From an uncultured Bacteroidia bacterium (GTDB lineage Bacteria; Bacteroidota; Bacteroidia; Bacteroidales; UBA932): a stretch of 64,000 bases of DNA. The DNA is taken from NCBI GenBank assembly GCA_902785825.1, contig CACZZZ010000010.1, forward strand, positions 9,262-73,261. Reading direction: 5' to 3'. Shown one piece after another: positions 35,374 to 45,684 of this stretch; position 1 is the stretch's first letter, and the number at the start of each line of letters is the position of its first letter. Both the position numbers and the translations under genes were made by a program. Under the pieces are notes generated by a model, which had not been told where the DNA came from, did not search any database, and saw only the letters and a program-made list of their open reading frames with translations.

Positions 35374-38112
35374 TCAAATTCCGGAAGACAACCGATACGT
35401 CCCTGAGACAAGTTCCACTGCGCCCTTGGCTTTGATGCCGCTGCCGCTGAAAACAACGCCTTCAACAGGCCACTTCAGAGTGGCGACACAGCCCTCTGGA
35501 ATTGTAATATCCATAGACAGGCGGCCACCAGATTTCTTCCATGCGACACGAATAGGCCCATAGACAGTGTCAAGCGTATAATCAACACTGTCAAGACCAT
35601 CCGCAAGGAAAGGACTGATTATAGAATGTTTATAAGCCGGGTTCTCGGGATCTATCTTAAGACCAGCCAGATAGCGGTAGAACCAAACCAGAGAGCCGCC
35701 GAACATGGGATGGTCATGGCTGTACTTCGCGTCAAACTGCTCCCACATTGTGGTGGCGCCTTCTTTTATCATCTTCCCGAAACTTGGGAAGTCATCTTTG
35801 TGAAGAATCTCCCAGGCAAGATCAGAAAGTCCGCAATCGGAAAGGACCTCAAAGAACACCCGACTTGCCATCAAGCCCGTCACGATATGGTTGCCACGCT
35901 CCCCTATTCTCTTTTTGAGATCACCAATCACCCTCTCCCGCTCGGGCTCAGGAACACCAATGCGAAGAGCCATCACATCGCACTCGTCAGGACCGTAGGA
36001 GCCTTCTTTCGCATCGTAGAACTTGGCATGGAATGCTGCCGCGATCTTGTCGGCAAGTGCCTTATACGCCTCAACATCAACGGTTTCTCCGAGAGCGGCG
36101 GCAATGCGGGAAGTATAGTCGGCGCAAGTCCAAGCGACATAAGTGTGGACCATCTCCTGGGAGGGCGTTGTAAAAGGAGCCGCATGCTCACCAAGGTTCA
36201 TCAGGAAACTGTCGTCACAGACTTCAGTCCTTATGGTTCCCTCAGGAGTGGCGAACAAGGCGAGGAAATCCGTCTCCATCTTTATCGCCTCATAGTGCTC
36301 CGCCAGGAGCTGACGGTCTCCGTAAGCCAGGTAATACTCCCAAGGAATAATGGTCATCGCAGCCCCCCAACCGGGACCACCGGCGCATCCGGGCTCCCAT
36401 GGAGCGCTGTTGGGGACATAGCCGCTGACTGTATCCTGCGCGTTTGAGATATCCTTGATCCACTTGTTGTAGAAAGAGCGGGCGTCGAAGTTATGCATCA
36501 CCATGGCGCTGGTTATTTGCCCGTCTCCGGTATAGGGTCCCCTCTCGCGGTGAGGGCAATCCGAAGTGATCCCGCCATGCAGATTGTTTTTCTGGGTACG
36601 AATCCAGATATTCGAGATGGCATTAATCAGGGTATCGGATGTCTGGAAAGAGGAGTTCACAGGGACATCACTGCTGACCGCTTCAGCGACAATGTCTTCC
36701 AATGCCATGTCACCTTCCCAATTCTCGACTATGGCGCTGTGGAAGACATACCAATCAAAGACAGGGGCGTAAGACTCACTCCCTTTGCCTGAGCAGACAT
36801 ATTCACTGACGCCGTTATAATTGTAGTCCTGACCGAACGCGCAGATATACTGGATCTTGAGGGTGTCCCCGGCAGAGCCTTGGATATTGCTGAGCCTCAT
36901 GCGGCCGGATATCTCCTCAGGGAAAGTAATCTTGTATGTCTTGTCCGCTATCTTCTCAATCCCGACAGGCTTGAAAGTCTCGATGACCTTATCGTGAGGG
37001 CCCATCTGGGCGTGCAGGGCACCGCCTGGGGCATTCCGCTGGACAGCGGAGGGCCAAAGAGAGTCGTCGACATCCGGACTGCTCCATCCTGGAGTCTCGA
37101 AACGGGCGTCATATACCTCACCACCGAAAACATCGTTGGACCGGATCGCGCTTTCCCTCACCTTCCAGGTCTCATCGGTAGATATTGTCTCACGCGAGCC
37201 GTCCTTGTAGCTTATCTCCAATTGAGCCTTGACTCTCGGGGATCCGTATCCCGCCGTCCAGATATGGGCGGAATTGAAGAAGCCGTTCCCGAGGACGCAA
37301 CCAACGACATTCTCACCCTGGCGTATGCTGGAGGTGAGGTCATAACCAAGATAGAAAACGCTGTGAGCCCTGGAGTTGAGGATCAGAGGCAAACGTCTGC
37401 GATCCATGTCCCGGCGTGTCCCATAATCAGTCTGGTTGGGACTGAAGAGGTCGTCCCCGACCTTGGATCCATTAAAGTAAGGTTCGCAATAACCAAGGCC
37501 GGATATGAACAGATGAGCGTCCCGGACTTCCTTGTTGACCGTGAATGTCTTCCTGAGAAGCGGGGCCGGTGTTGAAGGCGACGCCGCCTGGACCACGCCA
37601 ACCCTGCAATCATTTCCGATCAAATCGTAGATGGGATGGCCATCGCGCCAGTCCCGGGGATTCTCGATGTCCCAAGGGGCGCCGATCCACTCCGCCGTCC
37701 AATCCGAAGGATCGAGATAGCCGCTCATCCACTGGGCGACCGGGCTCCATCTCGAGACCTTATCCTTTGAATCCCAAACCCTTACACGCCACCAATAGCG
37801 TGTGGCTGACTTGAGAGGATCCCCAGCGTAATTCACGAAAGGAGACGACGGTCCCTCAACCTTGCCGCTGTCCCACACGTAAGGTCCGGATTCCAAACCT
37901 TCCCGCGACGAGGCGACCTGGATCTGCCATGCGGTCTGGTCATTGCCATGAGCCTTCCCGGCCTGGATATTCACCCAGGAAAGGCGGGGAGAAGTCTCGT
38001 CAACCGCCTGGGGATCTCTCTGGTACTCGCACAAAAGGTCTTGAGGACGCAACGGTGACGAGCAGCCCGCCATCATCAACGCCGCGGCAATAATTATCAA
38101 AGGCTTACGCAT
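35374..38112 (-). CDS. Glycoside hydrolase family 78 alpha-L-rhamnosidase (lipoprotein)
   Basis: 912 aa. Signal MMAGC. N-terminal LLCEYQRDPQAVDETSPRLSWVN and WQIQVASS are typical of GH78 N-domains. Six-hairpin catalytic region follows. Confidence 0.75.
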   Translation of the reverse strand: MRKPLIIIAAALMMAGCSSPLRPQDLLCEYQRDPQAVDETSPRLSWVNIQAGKAHGNDQTAWQIQVASSREGLESGPYVWDSGKVEGPSSPFVNYAGDPLKSATRYWWRVRVWDSKDKVSRWSPVAQWMSGYLDPSDWTAEWIGAPWDIENPRDWRDGHPIYDLIGNDCRVGVVQAASPSTPAPLLRKTFTVNKEVRDAHLFISGLGYCEPYFNGSKVGDDLFSPNQTDYGTRRDMDRRRLPLILNSRAHSVFYLGYDLTSSIRQGENVVGCVLGNGFFNSAHIWTAGYGSPRVKAQLEISYKDGSRETISTDETWKVRESAIRSNDVFGGEVYDARFETPGWSSPDVDDSLWPSAVQRNAPGGALHAQMGPHDKVIETFKPVGIEKIADKTYKITFPEEISGRMRLSNIQGSAGDTLKIQYICAFGQDYNYNGVSEYVCSGKGSESYAPVFDWYVFHSAIVENWEGDMALEDIVAEAVSSDVPVNSSFQTSDTLINAISNIWIRTQKNNLHGGITSDCPHRERGPYTGDGQITSAMVMHNFDARSFYNKWIKDISNAQDTVSGYVPNSAPWEPGCAGGPGWGAAMTIIPWEYYLAYGDRQLLAEHYEAIKMETDFLALFATPEGTIRTEVCDDSFLMNLGEHAAPFTTPSQEMVHTYVAWTCADYTSRIAAALGETVDVEAYKALADKIAAAFHAKFYDAKEGSYGPDECDVMALRIGVPEPERERVIGDLKKRIGERGNHIVTGLMASRVFFEVLSDCGLSDLAWEILHKDDFPSFGKMIKEGATTMWEQFDAKYSHDHPMFGGSLVWFYRYLAGLKIDPENPAYKHSIISPFLADGLDSVDYTLDTVYGPIRVAWKKSGGRLSMDITIPEGCVATLKWPVEGVVFSGSGIKAKGAVELVSGTYRLSSGI

Positions 38113-38121
38113 AATGGTCTA

Positions 38122-40587
38122 TTATCTCAAAACAATCTCCTTGGACAAGAGTATATGGCGGGAATCGGATCCGATCTCGATAAGGTACCTGCCGGGATCC
38201 ACTTTCCAGTCACCGGATTGGACGTCATAGTAGGAGAAAGCGTCCGGACCCAAGGTGAATTCAACCTCGGCCTTGCCGCCTGAGGGTATAGCCACCTTGC
38301 GGAATGCCTTGAGTTCATGGACCGGCCTGTTGACAGACGGGGTCAAGGGGCGGACATAGACTTGCACGACCTCCTTACCATCCCTTGAGCCAGTATTGGA
38401 AACTGTCACAACTCCCTTGAAACCAACGCCTTCCCTCGAGACCGACAGGCCATCATATCCGAAATCAGTGTAGCTCAGGCCGTAACCGAACGGGAACTGT
38501 GGCTCCGCGCCGACGGTGTCGTAGTAGCGGTAACCGACCATAAGGCTGTCGGAATAAATGATATAGTCCTTGTTCTCCCAGCCCAGCTTGGCTTTTGGGG
38601 TATCTGAATAGCTCTTTGGCCAGCTGAAAGTCAGGCGGCCGCTGGGATTGACTTTCCCGGTGAGGATATTCGCCAGGGCCGTGCCGCCCTCGACGCCTCC
38701 GTACCAGCTCTCCACAACGGCGGGGATCTTGTCCAGCCAATCCCCTATCTCAAGCGGGGAACCGTTCACAAGAGAGACAACCGTGTTTTTGTTGGCTTTG
38801 GCGAGTCTGAGGATAGCCTCCTTCTGAAGCTCGGGGAAAAGGAGGGTCCTCCTGTCAGAGCCCTCTGTGTCAATGTTCAAGTCAAGGCCTCCGACAAACA
38901 GGACAACATCGGCCTTCCTGGCCTCGTTCTCCATAACCTTCCAGCTTTTCTCATCAGCCTGGGAGTCCGGGGTCGACCACTCGACATGGAGGAAGGCGTC
39001 ACCGTGGCCCCTTGTGTAACGGACACCCAAAACACAGCGGGTCCCCTTAGCCAAATCGATTATGGCTGAGGTGGTTCCACGCTCAGCCTCAGCCGCTTTC
39101 AGCACGGCCATCGGGGCATATTCCTTCCAACTGTCGGAAAGGATGACATCGCCTCCCCCGGCTGAGATCCTGAAAGAATACTTGCCGTCAACTGGAGCGA
39201 TGAAAGAGATCTCATACCGGGCCTCCCTCCAGTTGCCCACGGGTATGGAGGGATCCGGGGAGCGCATCTCCCACATGAAATTGATCTTGTCCTCTTTCCG
39301 TGTCAGAACCGGACTGTCGGAGCCTTTTACCGAATACATAGCCTTGATGTCCATGGACTCCGGAAGCTCACGGAAACCGCCGAGCGGAGCCCAGTCGAAG
39401 AAACGTATCTTCTTGTCTCCGAACGCCTTGCGCAACCCTTCGAGGATTGTGACCTCGTCCGGGCTGTTGACCCAGCAGCTCCCGCCCATAAGGTACTCGC
39501 AATTGCGGAGCGTCGCGTTCGGACCGGTGACAAGGACCCTGCGGACTTTCTTCGGGTCAAGAGGGAGAAGGCCCCCTTCGTTCTTCAATAGGACAATTCC
39601 CTCCTCTGCGACTTGCCTGGCCACGGCAATATGCTCAGGTGTGTGACGCTGATATCCTCTCGCTATGTCCGGATTCTGATCCAGCAACCCGACCCAGTCA
39701 TAGGCCCTTAGCATACGCAGAACCTTCTCATCTATAAGGCTTTGAGGAACAGCCCCTTTACGGACAGCCTCGAGCAAGGGGGTGCCGAAAAGGCAGCCGT
39801 CGCCTCCCGGCATGGATTTGTCAAGGCCGGCGAAAGCGCTCTTCTCCACGGAACGGGCATTCAACCAGTCGGTTATGACGAACCCGTTAAAACCCCATCT
39901 GTCCCTGAGCAGTTCGGTAAGCAGCCTCCGGCTGTCGCTCACGAACTCGAAATTAACCCCGTTGGCGGAAGTCATAATAGACTGGACATCAGCTTTTTCC
40001 ACCGCAGCCTTGAAGGCCGGGAAATATATCTCATGCAGGGTGCGCTCGTCAACTATTGAATAATAGTCATTGCGGTTATTCTCCCGGTTGTTGCAGGCGA
40101 AATGCTTGAGGCAGGAGATCACATTCCGGCTCTGGATTCCTTTGACTGTGGGGACGACAAGCTCGGCGGTAAGGTAGGGATCCTCGCTGTAATACTCGAA
40201 GAAACGCCCTCCCAGCGGGTCACGGAGGATGTTGCAGGCCGGGCCGAGAAGCATGGTCCTGCCCAAGGCTCTGGCTTCCTCTCCCCAGACGGTGCCGACC
40301 TTGTACATCAGGTCAGTGTTCCAAGTGGAGGCCGTTCCCAATCCGGCCGGAAAGCCGGTGACAATCTCCCCATCTCCATGAGGTCCTCTTCCTCCATCTG
40401 TCATCTCAAGGGATGGAATTCCGAAACGAGGCACACCGGGATCGCCATGACAAAGGTCAATCTTCTCCTCAAGGGTCAGGCTGTTGAATATCTCCATGAC
40501 CCTTTTCTCGTTCGTGGAGACCTGAGCGCTCAAAAGGACTGGGAAAAGAGCCGCCAGACAGACGGCAAATATCTTTCTATCAATCAT
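38122..40587 (-). CDS. Glycoside hydrolase family 3 beta-glucosidase-like enzyme with a PA14-like insert
   Basis: Start trimmed to MIDRKIFAV.. (ATG at 40587). GH3 motifs: GPACNILRDPLGGRFFEYYSEDPYL, KHFACNN, GFVITDW. PA14-like segment around KYSFRISAGGGDVILS. Confidence 0.8.
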   Translation of the reverse strand: MIDRKIFAVCLAALFPVLLSAQVSTNEKRVMEIFNSLTLEEKIDLCHGDPGVPRFGIPSLEMTDGGRGPHGDGEIVTGFPAGLGTASTWNTDLMYKVGTVWGEEARALGRTMLLGPACNILRDPLGGRFFEYYSEDPYLTAELVVPTVKGIQSRNVISCLKHFACNNRENNRNDYYSIVDERTLHEIYFPAFKAAVEKADVQSIMTSANGVNFEFVSDSRRLLTELLRDRWGFNGFVITDWLNARSVEKSAFAGLDKSMPGGDGCLFGTPLLEAVRKGAVPQSLIDEKVLRMLRAYDWVGLLDQNPDIARGYQRHTPEHIAVARQVAEEGIVLLKNEGGLLPLDPKKVRRVLVTGPNATLRNCEYLMGGSCWVNSPDEVTILEGLRKAFGDKKIRFFDWAPLGGFRELPESMDIKAMYSVKGSDSPVLTRKEDKINFMWEMRSPDPSIPVGNWREARYEISFIAPVDGKYSFRISAGGGDVILSDSWKEYAPMAVLKAAEAERGTTSAIIDLAKGTRCVLGVRYTRGHGDAFLHVEWSTPDSQADEKSWKVMENEARKADVVLFVGGLDLNIDTEGSDRRTLLFPELQKEAILRLAKANKNTVVSLVNGSPLEIGDWLDKIPAVVESWYGGVEGGTALANILTGKVNPSGRLTFSWPKSYSDTPKAKLGWENKDYIIYSDSLMVGYRYYDTVGAEPQFPFGYGLSYTDFGYDGLSVSREGVGFKGVVTVSNTGSRDGKEVVQVYVRPLTPSVNRPVHELKAFRKVAIPSGGKAEVEFTLGPDAFSYYDVQSGDWKVDPGRYLIEIGSDSRHILLSKEIVLR

Positions 40588-40597
40588 ATAGAATCGC

Positions 40598-42859
40598 TTA
40601 CAAAACATTGTTGACCTCCCAGGTCCGCACCTTCTTCACAGTGAAGGAACCCGAGGCTCGGATATCCTCAACCGAGGCTCCGAAATGGACCTGGTAATTA
40701 CCGGCGGCGGTTTCCCAGGCGGAGGCGGCTTCGTTGAAAGATGCCAGGTCATAGGCGGGAACGCTGAACGACAGGGTCTGCGACTCTCCGGGAGCAAGGG
40801 ACTTGGTCTTGCCGAAAGCCTTAAGCTCACGGGATGGTTTCTCCAAACCTCCGGAAGGAGCTGACACATAGACCTCAACAACCTCCTTACCAGCCACGGC
40901 ACCGGTGTTGGTCACGGTCACGCTGGCGGTGAAGCCGTCCGAGGTCGCCTTCACGACAGGTTTTGAATATTGGAAGGTGGTGTAACTCAGCCCGTAACCG
41001 AAAGGATAGGATACCTTCACCCCACGGGTAGCGAAGTGGCGGTAGCCCACCCATATTCCCTCGGCATATTCAGTGTAATCGACATTCTTTCTCAGGCCTT
41101 CCTCCGACTCTCCCCTCTGGGGGAAAGCGGGGAAATTGGCGCTTGAGGGATGGTCGAGGGCGTCGATCGGGAAAGTCATAGTGAGCTTTCCGGAAGGGTT
41201 GACCTTGCCGGTCAGCACATCCGCGACCCCATAAGCTCCCTCCTGCCCCGGCTGCCAAGGCAACAGGATGGCATCAGCGAGATTAATCCAAGAGGCGGTC
41301 TCGATGACTCCGCCAATATTCAGAATCACGACAACCTTCTTGCCTTTGGCGTGGAACTCATCAGAGACACGGCGGATCAGCTTGCGATCTCTCGCGGTAA
41401 GCTCGAAGTCATCAACCATGGTGCGGTCGTTCCCTTCGCCAGCGTCCCGGCTTATCACAATGATAGCCGCATCAGACTCAGCAGCCTGCTGAGGCAACTG
41501 GTTTAGAGGCACATCCGGCTCAGACACTTTCTTCCCGTACCCCCATGATTCATACATCAGCCAATCCATCGCCCCGGCCACGCGCTTAGTGGCGTGATCC
41601 AACTCGACATAAGCCTTGTAATAACCAGCCAAGTCCTGGTTCAACTCGAAGCCTGCCGCAGTGAGACTCTCCCTCATATTCGCCACATGCTTAGCGACCA
41701 CATGACCGGAACCGATTCCTACGGCAACGAAATCCTCCGAGCCGACTCCATAGACCGCCAGTTTCGCCCCCGCTTTCAAAGGCAGGGTTCCTCCTTCATT
41801 CTTGAGCATCACGATTGATTCTCCCGCCACTTTCCTGGCGAGCTCCGCATGAGCCTTAAGATCAGGATCATTGGAGAATTTATATCCCTGAAAACGAGGC
41901 GTCGAGACAATGTAGTGAAGGACATGGCGAGCATTCCTCTCAAGCTCATCTCTAGTGATGGTGCCTTTCTTTACAGCGTCGAGCATACGCTCAAGCTCTT
42001 CCTCATTGCCGGGTTGCATCAGATCGCACCCGGCCTTCGCCGCCTTGACGGTGCCTTCCTTGGCGCCATGGTCGGTCAGGACGACTCCTTCGTAGCCCCA
42101 TTCGTCACGCAGGATGGTGGTCAGCAGGTCATATGACTGCTGGACGTACTCACCGTTAAGCTTGTTGTATGATGCCATCAGGGCACCGGGGCGCCCCTCC
42201 TTGACGGCTATCTCGAAATTCTTGAGGTATATCTCCCGAAGCGCTCTCTTGGAGACGCGGGCGTCATTCTCCGTACGGTTGGTCTCCTGGTTGTTGGCGG
42301 CATAATGCTTCACAGTGGCGGTCACCCCATTGCCTTGGATGCCCCGGACATAGGCGGCCGCCATCTTCCCGGAGAGGAAAGGATCTTCCGAGAAATACTC
42401 GAAGTTCCTGCCACAGAGAGGATTACGATGAATATTCATTCCTGGGCCAAGGAACATGTCGACGCCATATTCGTGGACCTCATTCCCGAGGGCCGCCGCC
42501 ATCTTCTCCATCATTTCCGTATCCCAGGAGCTGGCCGTCAGTGTGCCGACCGGGAAGGCGGTGCAGTAGAAGGTCTTGTCGGTATTCTCCCTGAAAGGGT
42601 AGAAATGGAGCCCGGCGGGGCCGTCACAGGAGATGGTGGCGGGAATACCAAGACGAGGAATGCTTCTTACCCCGGCAGCGGTACCCTCAAAGAACTCGAA
42701 CTCCGACTCCTTCGCCCCCACAAGCAGGGAGGCGAGTTCCTCATCGGTCATGGCCTTTATAATCTCCTCGATGTTGTCCGGACGCAGTTTCGGCTGCCCG
42801 AAAGACAAGACCACCGCCAAAGAAAAGACAATAACCAGAAAGACTCTCTTAATCATCAC
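40598..42859 (-). CDS. Glycoside hydrolase family 3 beta-glucosidase/xylosidase-like enzyme
   Basis: 753 aa. Signal peptide. GPGMNIHRNPLCGRNFEYFSEDPFL, KHYAANNQE, GVVLTDH. C-terminal Fn3-like domain. Confidence 0.8.
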   Translation of the reverse strand: MMIKRVFLVIVFSLAVVLSFGQPKLRPDNIEEIIKAMTDEELASLLVGAKESEFEFFEGTAAGVRSIPRLGIPATISCDGPAGLHFYPFRENTDKTFYCTAFPVGTLTASSWDTEMMEKMAAALGNEVHEYGVDMFLGPGMNIHRNPLCGRNFEYFSEDPFLSGKMAAAYVRGIQGNGVTATVKHYAANNQETNRTENDARVSKRALREIYLKNFEIAVKEGRPGALMASYNKLNGEYVQQSYDLLTTILRDEWGYEGVVLTDHGAKEGTVKAAKAGCDLMQPGNEEELERMLDAVKKGTITRDELERNARHVLHYIVSTPRFQGYKFSNDPDLKAHAELARKVAGESIVMLKNEGGTLPLKAGAKLAVYGVGSEDFVAVGIGSGHVVAKHVANMRESLTAAGFELNQDLAGYYKAYVELDHATKRVAGAMDWLMYESWGYGKKVSEPDVPLNQLPQQAAESDAAIIVISRDAGEGNDRTMVDDFELTARDRKLIRRVSDEFHAKGKKVVVILNIGGVIETASWINLADAILLPWQPGQEGAYGVADVLTGKVNPSGKLTMTFPIDALDHPSSANFPAFPQRGESEEGLRKNVDYTEYAEGIWVGYRHFATRGVKVSYPFGYGLSYTTFQYSKPVVKATSDGFTASVTVTNTGAVAGKEVVEVYVSAPSGGLEKPSRELKAFGKTKSLAPGESQTLSFSVPAYDLASFNEAASAWETAAGNYQVHFGASVEDIRASGSFTVKKVRTWEVNNVL

Positions 42860-42871
42860 AAATTAATAATT

Positions 42872-44587
42872 TCATTCCGATACCATTAAGACCCAGTCCT
42901 CCGTGTCTGGCCTTTCCGGAAGAATCAGCCTCCCTTCTTCGCTGACGGTTATCTTGATTGGATCGCTCTTCTCCCCTGAACGAGGATTAAACCACGTCAG
43001 TTGAAGGGATTTACCTTCTTGAATATCAGTTATTTCCCCGGTAGCGGTCTCTTTGGAGAAGAAATATAGGACATTGGTCTCAGGTGTCCTGGCATAGACA
43101 TAGGCTTTGGCATCGGCCCTGAATGCCTTGTCCCCGGGAAGAACCGGGACGAGGTTCCACCAGTCGAAAGACTCCATGAAGGAGCGCAGATAACCCATCT
43201 GGATCGCGCTGGGATATTCAATGGACTCGGACCAAGGCCTAAGTTTGTCCTCAGGAGTCACATGCTCGACCCCGTCGAACGTCTCTTTCTCGATATCATA
43301 CCGGCCCTGGTAAAGCCAAATGTCGATCGCCCCGTAACCATATCCGAAGAAACCGGAGAGGAAGGATATCCACCCCTGCGCCCTCGAGCCGAAATCCTTC
43401 GTCCACAGCCCGCAATAGCGTCCCTCATAATTGATCGCCGGACGGGAAGTTCCCCAATAGTCCAGGACAATATCCGGGGACACCGGGCCGGTCAGGGAAG
43501 GGCTCCATTGCGCGGCCCACCAGTTATGCCCGGTCCTGGCGGCGACCTCCTCGGAGGCGAACACGGAAGCTCCTCCAGCGTCACGCTTCTCGTCTCCCGT
43601 ACCACTGCCGGTCACGGAAGTGTGCCAGGCGTTTTCCTGGTGGCCGGAAAGAGGATGAGAGTAGGCGTCATATTCATGGATATACTCCGCCACCTTGACC
43701 CAAGGGTTGTCGGCGGCGTCAAAGATACCATAGAAGGTGTTGTCCATCTCTTGGGCGAGAGTCCATAGGACAGGGAAAGCGCCGAAACGAGCCACCCAGT
43801 AACGGGACAGATTCCTCAATGCGGTGTCATCATGCCACAACTCCCGACGCATCGAGCTGACGAAGAAGAACTCGGCGTTGGCGTGGACCAGACCGGCGTC
43901 AGCGATGTACTGGTAATATTTGTCCGCAATCCGGAAGCCTTCAATATCCTCGGCGTCAACCTTTCCGTCCGTCAATGTGAAAGAGGCGCTAATCGGCTCA
44001 CTCTGATAGACTGTGAAACCCTGCTCGACACGCCTGTCGATAATATACTTGAAATGAGATTCGGCTCCGGTGGTTCCGGCATGAGGGCCGGGGACGTCAA
44101 ACTCTTCAGTGTACATTCCCCAATGGGTGTCTCCGAGATAAAAGAAAGGAGTCCCATCCGCATAGGTCATGTATTTCTTTCCGGGCTCCACACGGACAAA
44201 GCCATGCTTATAGACAGCCAAGTCCCCATCGTATTTCACGCAGGTCAGGCGGCCTTTCAACCCGCCCAGGGACTCATCCTGCGGACAGGAGGATTCCCAT
44301 TTCCACTTTCCTTCCCTGGTCGGAGCGAAACGAACGAGAAAAATATTCTCCCCGTCCCAAAAAGCCGGTCGTAGGAGAGTCTCTCCCGTCTTGGAGTGAG
44401 TGAAGGTAACATCCAGCACCACAGCCTCGGAACCGCCTGTGGTGTAATCGTTTGACGACTCGAACCGAAGTTCGGTCATCCGCCATGTCTGAATACTCTC
44501 GCCGTCTTGACTGTTACTAAAGCGGCAACCCGAGAAAAGACTTAAAACTAAAGTTCCGACTACACAAAAATCCTTGAGCCTCATCAA
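42872..44587 (-). CDS. DUF5060 + DUF4038 (GH140-like, apiosidase family) glycoside hydrolase, lipoprotein
   Basis: 571 aa. Signal LFSGC. LRPAFWDGENIFLVRFAPTREGKWKWES is DUF5060-like. YMTYADGTPFFYLGDTHW is DUF4038/GH140-like. Confidence 0.55.
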   Translation of the reverse strand: MMRLKDFCVVGTLVLSLFSGCRFSNSQDGESIQTWRMTELRFESSNDYTTGGSEAVVLDVTFTHSKTGETLLRPAFWDGENIFLVRFAPTREGKWKWESSCPQDESLGGLKGRLTCVKYDGDLAVYKHGFVRVEPGKKYMTYADGTPFFYLGDTHWGMYTEEFDVPGPHAGTTGAESHFKYIIDRRVEQGFTVYQSEPISASFTLTDGKVDAEDIEGFRIADKYYQYIADAGLVHANAEFFFVSSMRRELWHDDTALRNLSRYWVARFGAFPVLWTLAQEMDNTFYGIFDAADNPWVKVAEYIHEYDAYSHPLSGHQENAWHTSVTGSGTGDEKRDAGGASVFASEEVAARTGHNWWAAQWSPSLTGPVSPDIVLDYWGTSRPAINYEGRYCGLWTKDFGSRAQGWISFLSGFFGYGYGAIDIWLYQGRYDIEKETFDGVEHVTPEDKLRPWSESIEYPSAIQMGYLRSFMESFDWWNLVPVLPGDKAFRADAKAYVYARTPETNVLYFFSKETATGEITDIQEGKSLQLTWFNPRSGEKSDPIKITVSEEGRLILPERPDTEDWVLMVSE

Positions 44588-44595
44588 TTAAATAA

Positions 44596-45648
44596 TCAGA
44601 AAGTGGCCTCAGTGGGCTGGACGCCGAAACGGCCGCCTAAAACAAGTTTCGCTTTGAGAGTCACAGTCTTCTCATCCTCCGGGACCTCACCGTTAACCAT
44701 CCTCTGGAGAAGATTGAATGATTTTTCCGCGATCTCGGCGAGCGGCTGGACCACATGCGGGATGACAGGCTTCTTCAGGTCATAGATGTCACTCTCGTCG
44801 AAACAGACGAACGAGAAATCATTGGGTAGATTGAGTCCCAGCACATTGAGAGCGTTGAAACTGTACATCGCCAATTTCTTTGTGGGGAGGATGAATGCCT
44901 CGGTCCCTCGTTTCACGGCGTCACGGAAAACCTCGATGACCCCTCTCTTGGCGGCATCGGCATCGTAGTCAATCCTGTGGAGCCTCGTCTCATTCTTGAG
45001 ACCAGCGTCTTCCATGGCCTTGGTGTAACCGAACTCCCTGTCAGTCAGACTGGTGACTCCCAACTTGTAGGACAGCATCTCAATCTTTCCGAAACCTTGA
45101 TGGAAAAGATACTTGGTGGCCATGACTCCGGCATCAACATTATCCACCAGCACCCTTCCGAACCCATCGCCGGGTACATCCCTATCGATCAAAACAGTCG
45201 GGATGCCTATGTTGGTAGCCCTCTCAAGAGCTTTCTCGCCTCCAAGGCAAGGTGCCACGATCAAACCCTCGACATTGTAGCCCACCATTGTCTCGACAAG
45301 ATGAGCGAGCTTTTCAGGATTCTCCTCCGAAGAGGCGAAAATCACGGTGTAGCCATCTTTGTAGGCGATATTCTCGATATTCCTGCATATCTCGGCGAAA
45401 AAGGGATTCGCCAAGTCAGAGACTATCACAGCCACAGAGTGTGACTTGCCGCTTCTAAGGGAAGCGGCGGCGTTGTTACGCCTGTAACCTAACCTTTTAG
45501 CTACCTCAAGAACCCTGGCTGCCGTGTTGGGGTTCACAGGGCAGTCCAGACGTCCATCCTTGCCCATCTTGGCGTTCATCACGAACGACACGAGGGTCAC
45601 TGATACACCCGCTTCACGGGCGACATCCCTGATTGTAACTTTTTTCAT
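44596..45648 (-). CDS. LacI-family transcriptional regulator
   Basis: 350 aa. N-terminal HTH MKKVTIRDVAREAGVSVTLVSFVMN and a periplasmic-binding-protein-like core. Confidence 0.85.
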   Translation of the reverse strand: MKKVTIRDVAREAGVSVTLVSFVMNAKMGKDGRLDCPVNPNTAARVLEVAKRLGYRRNNAAASLRSGKSHSVAVIVSDLANPFFAEICRNIENIAYKDGYTVIFASSEENPEKLAHLVETMVGYNVEGLIVAPCLGGEKALERATNIGIPTVLIDRDVPGDGFGRVLVDNVDAGVMATKYLFHQGFGKIEMLSYKLGVTSLTDREFGYTKAMEDAGLKNETRLHRIDYDADAAKRGVIEVFRDAVKRGTEAFILPTKKLAMYSFNALNVLGLNLPNDFSFVCFDESDIYDLKKPVIPHVVQPLAEIAEKSFNLLQRMVNGEVPEDEKTVTLKAKLVLGGRFGVQPTEATF

Positions 45649-45684
45649 CTTGTTATCTATTTGTTAGTTCGTTCTCCGTTAATA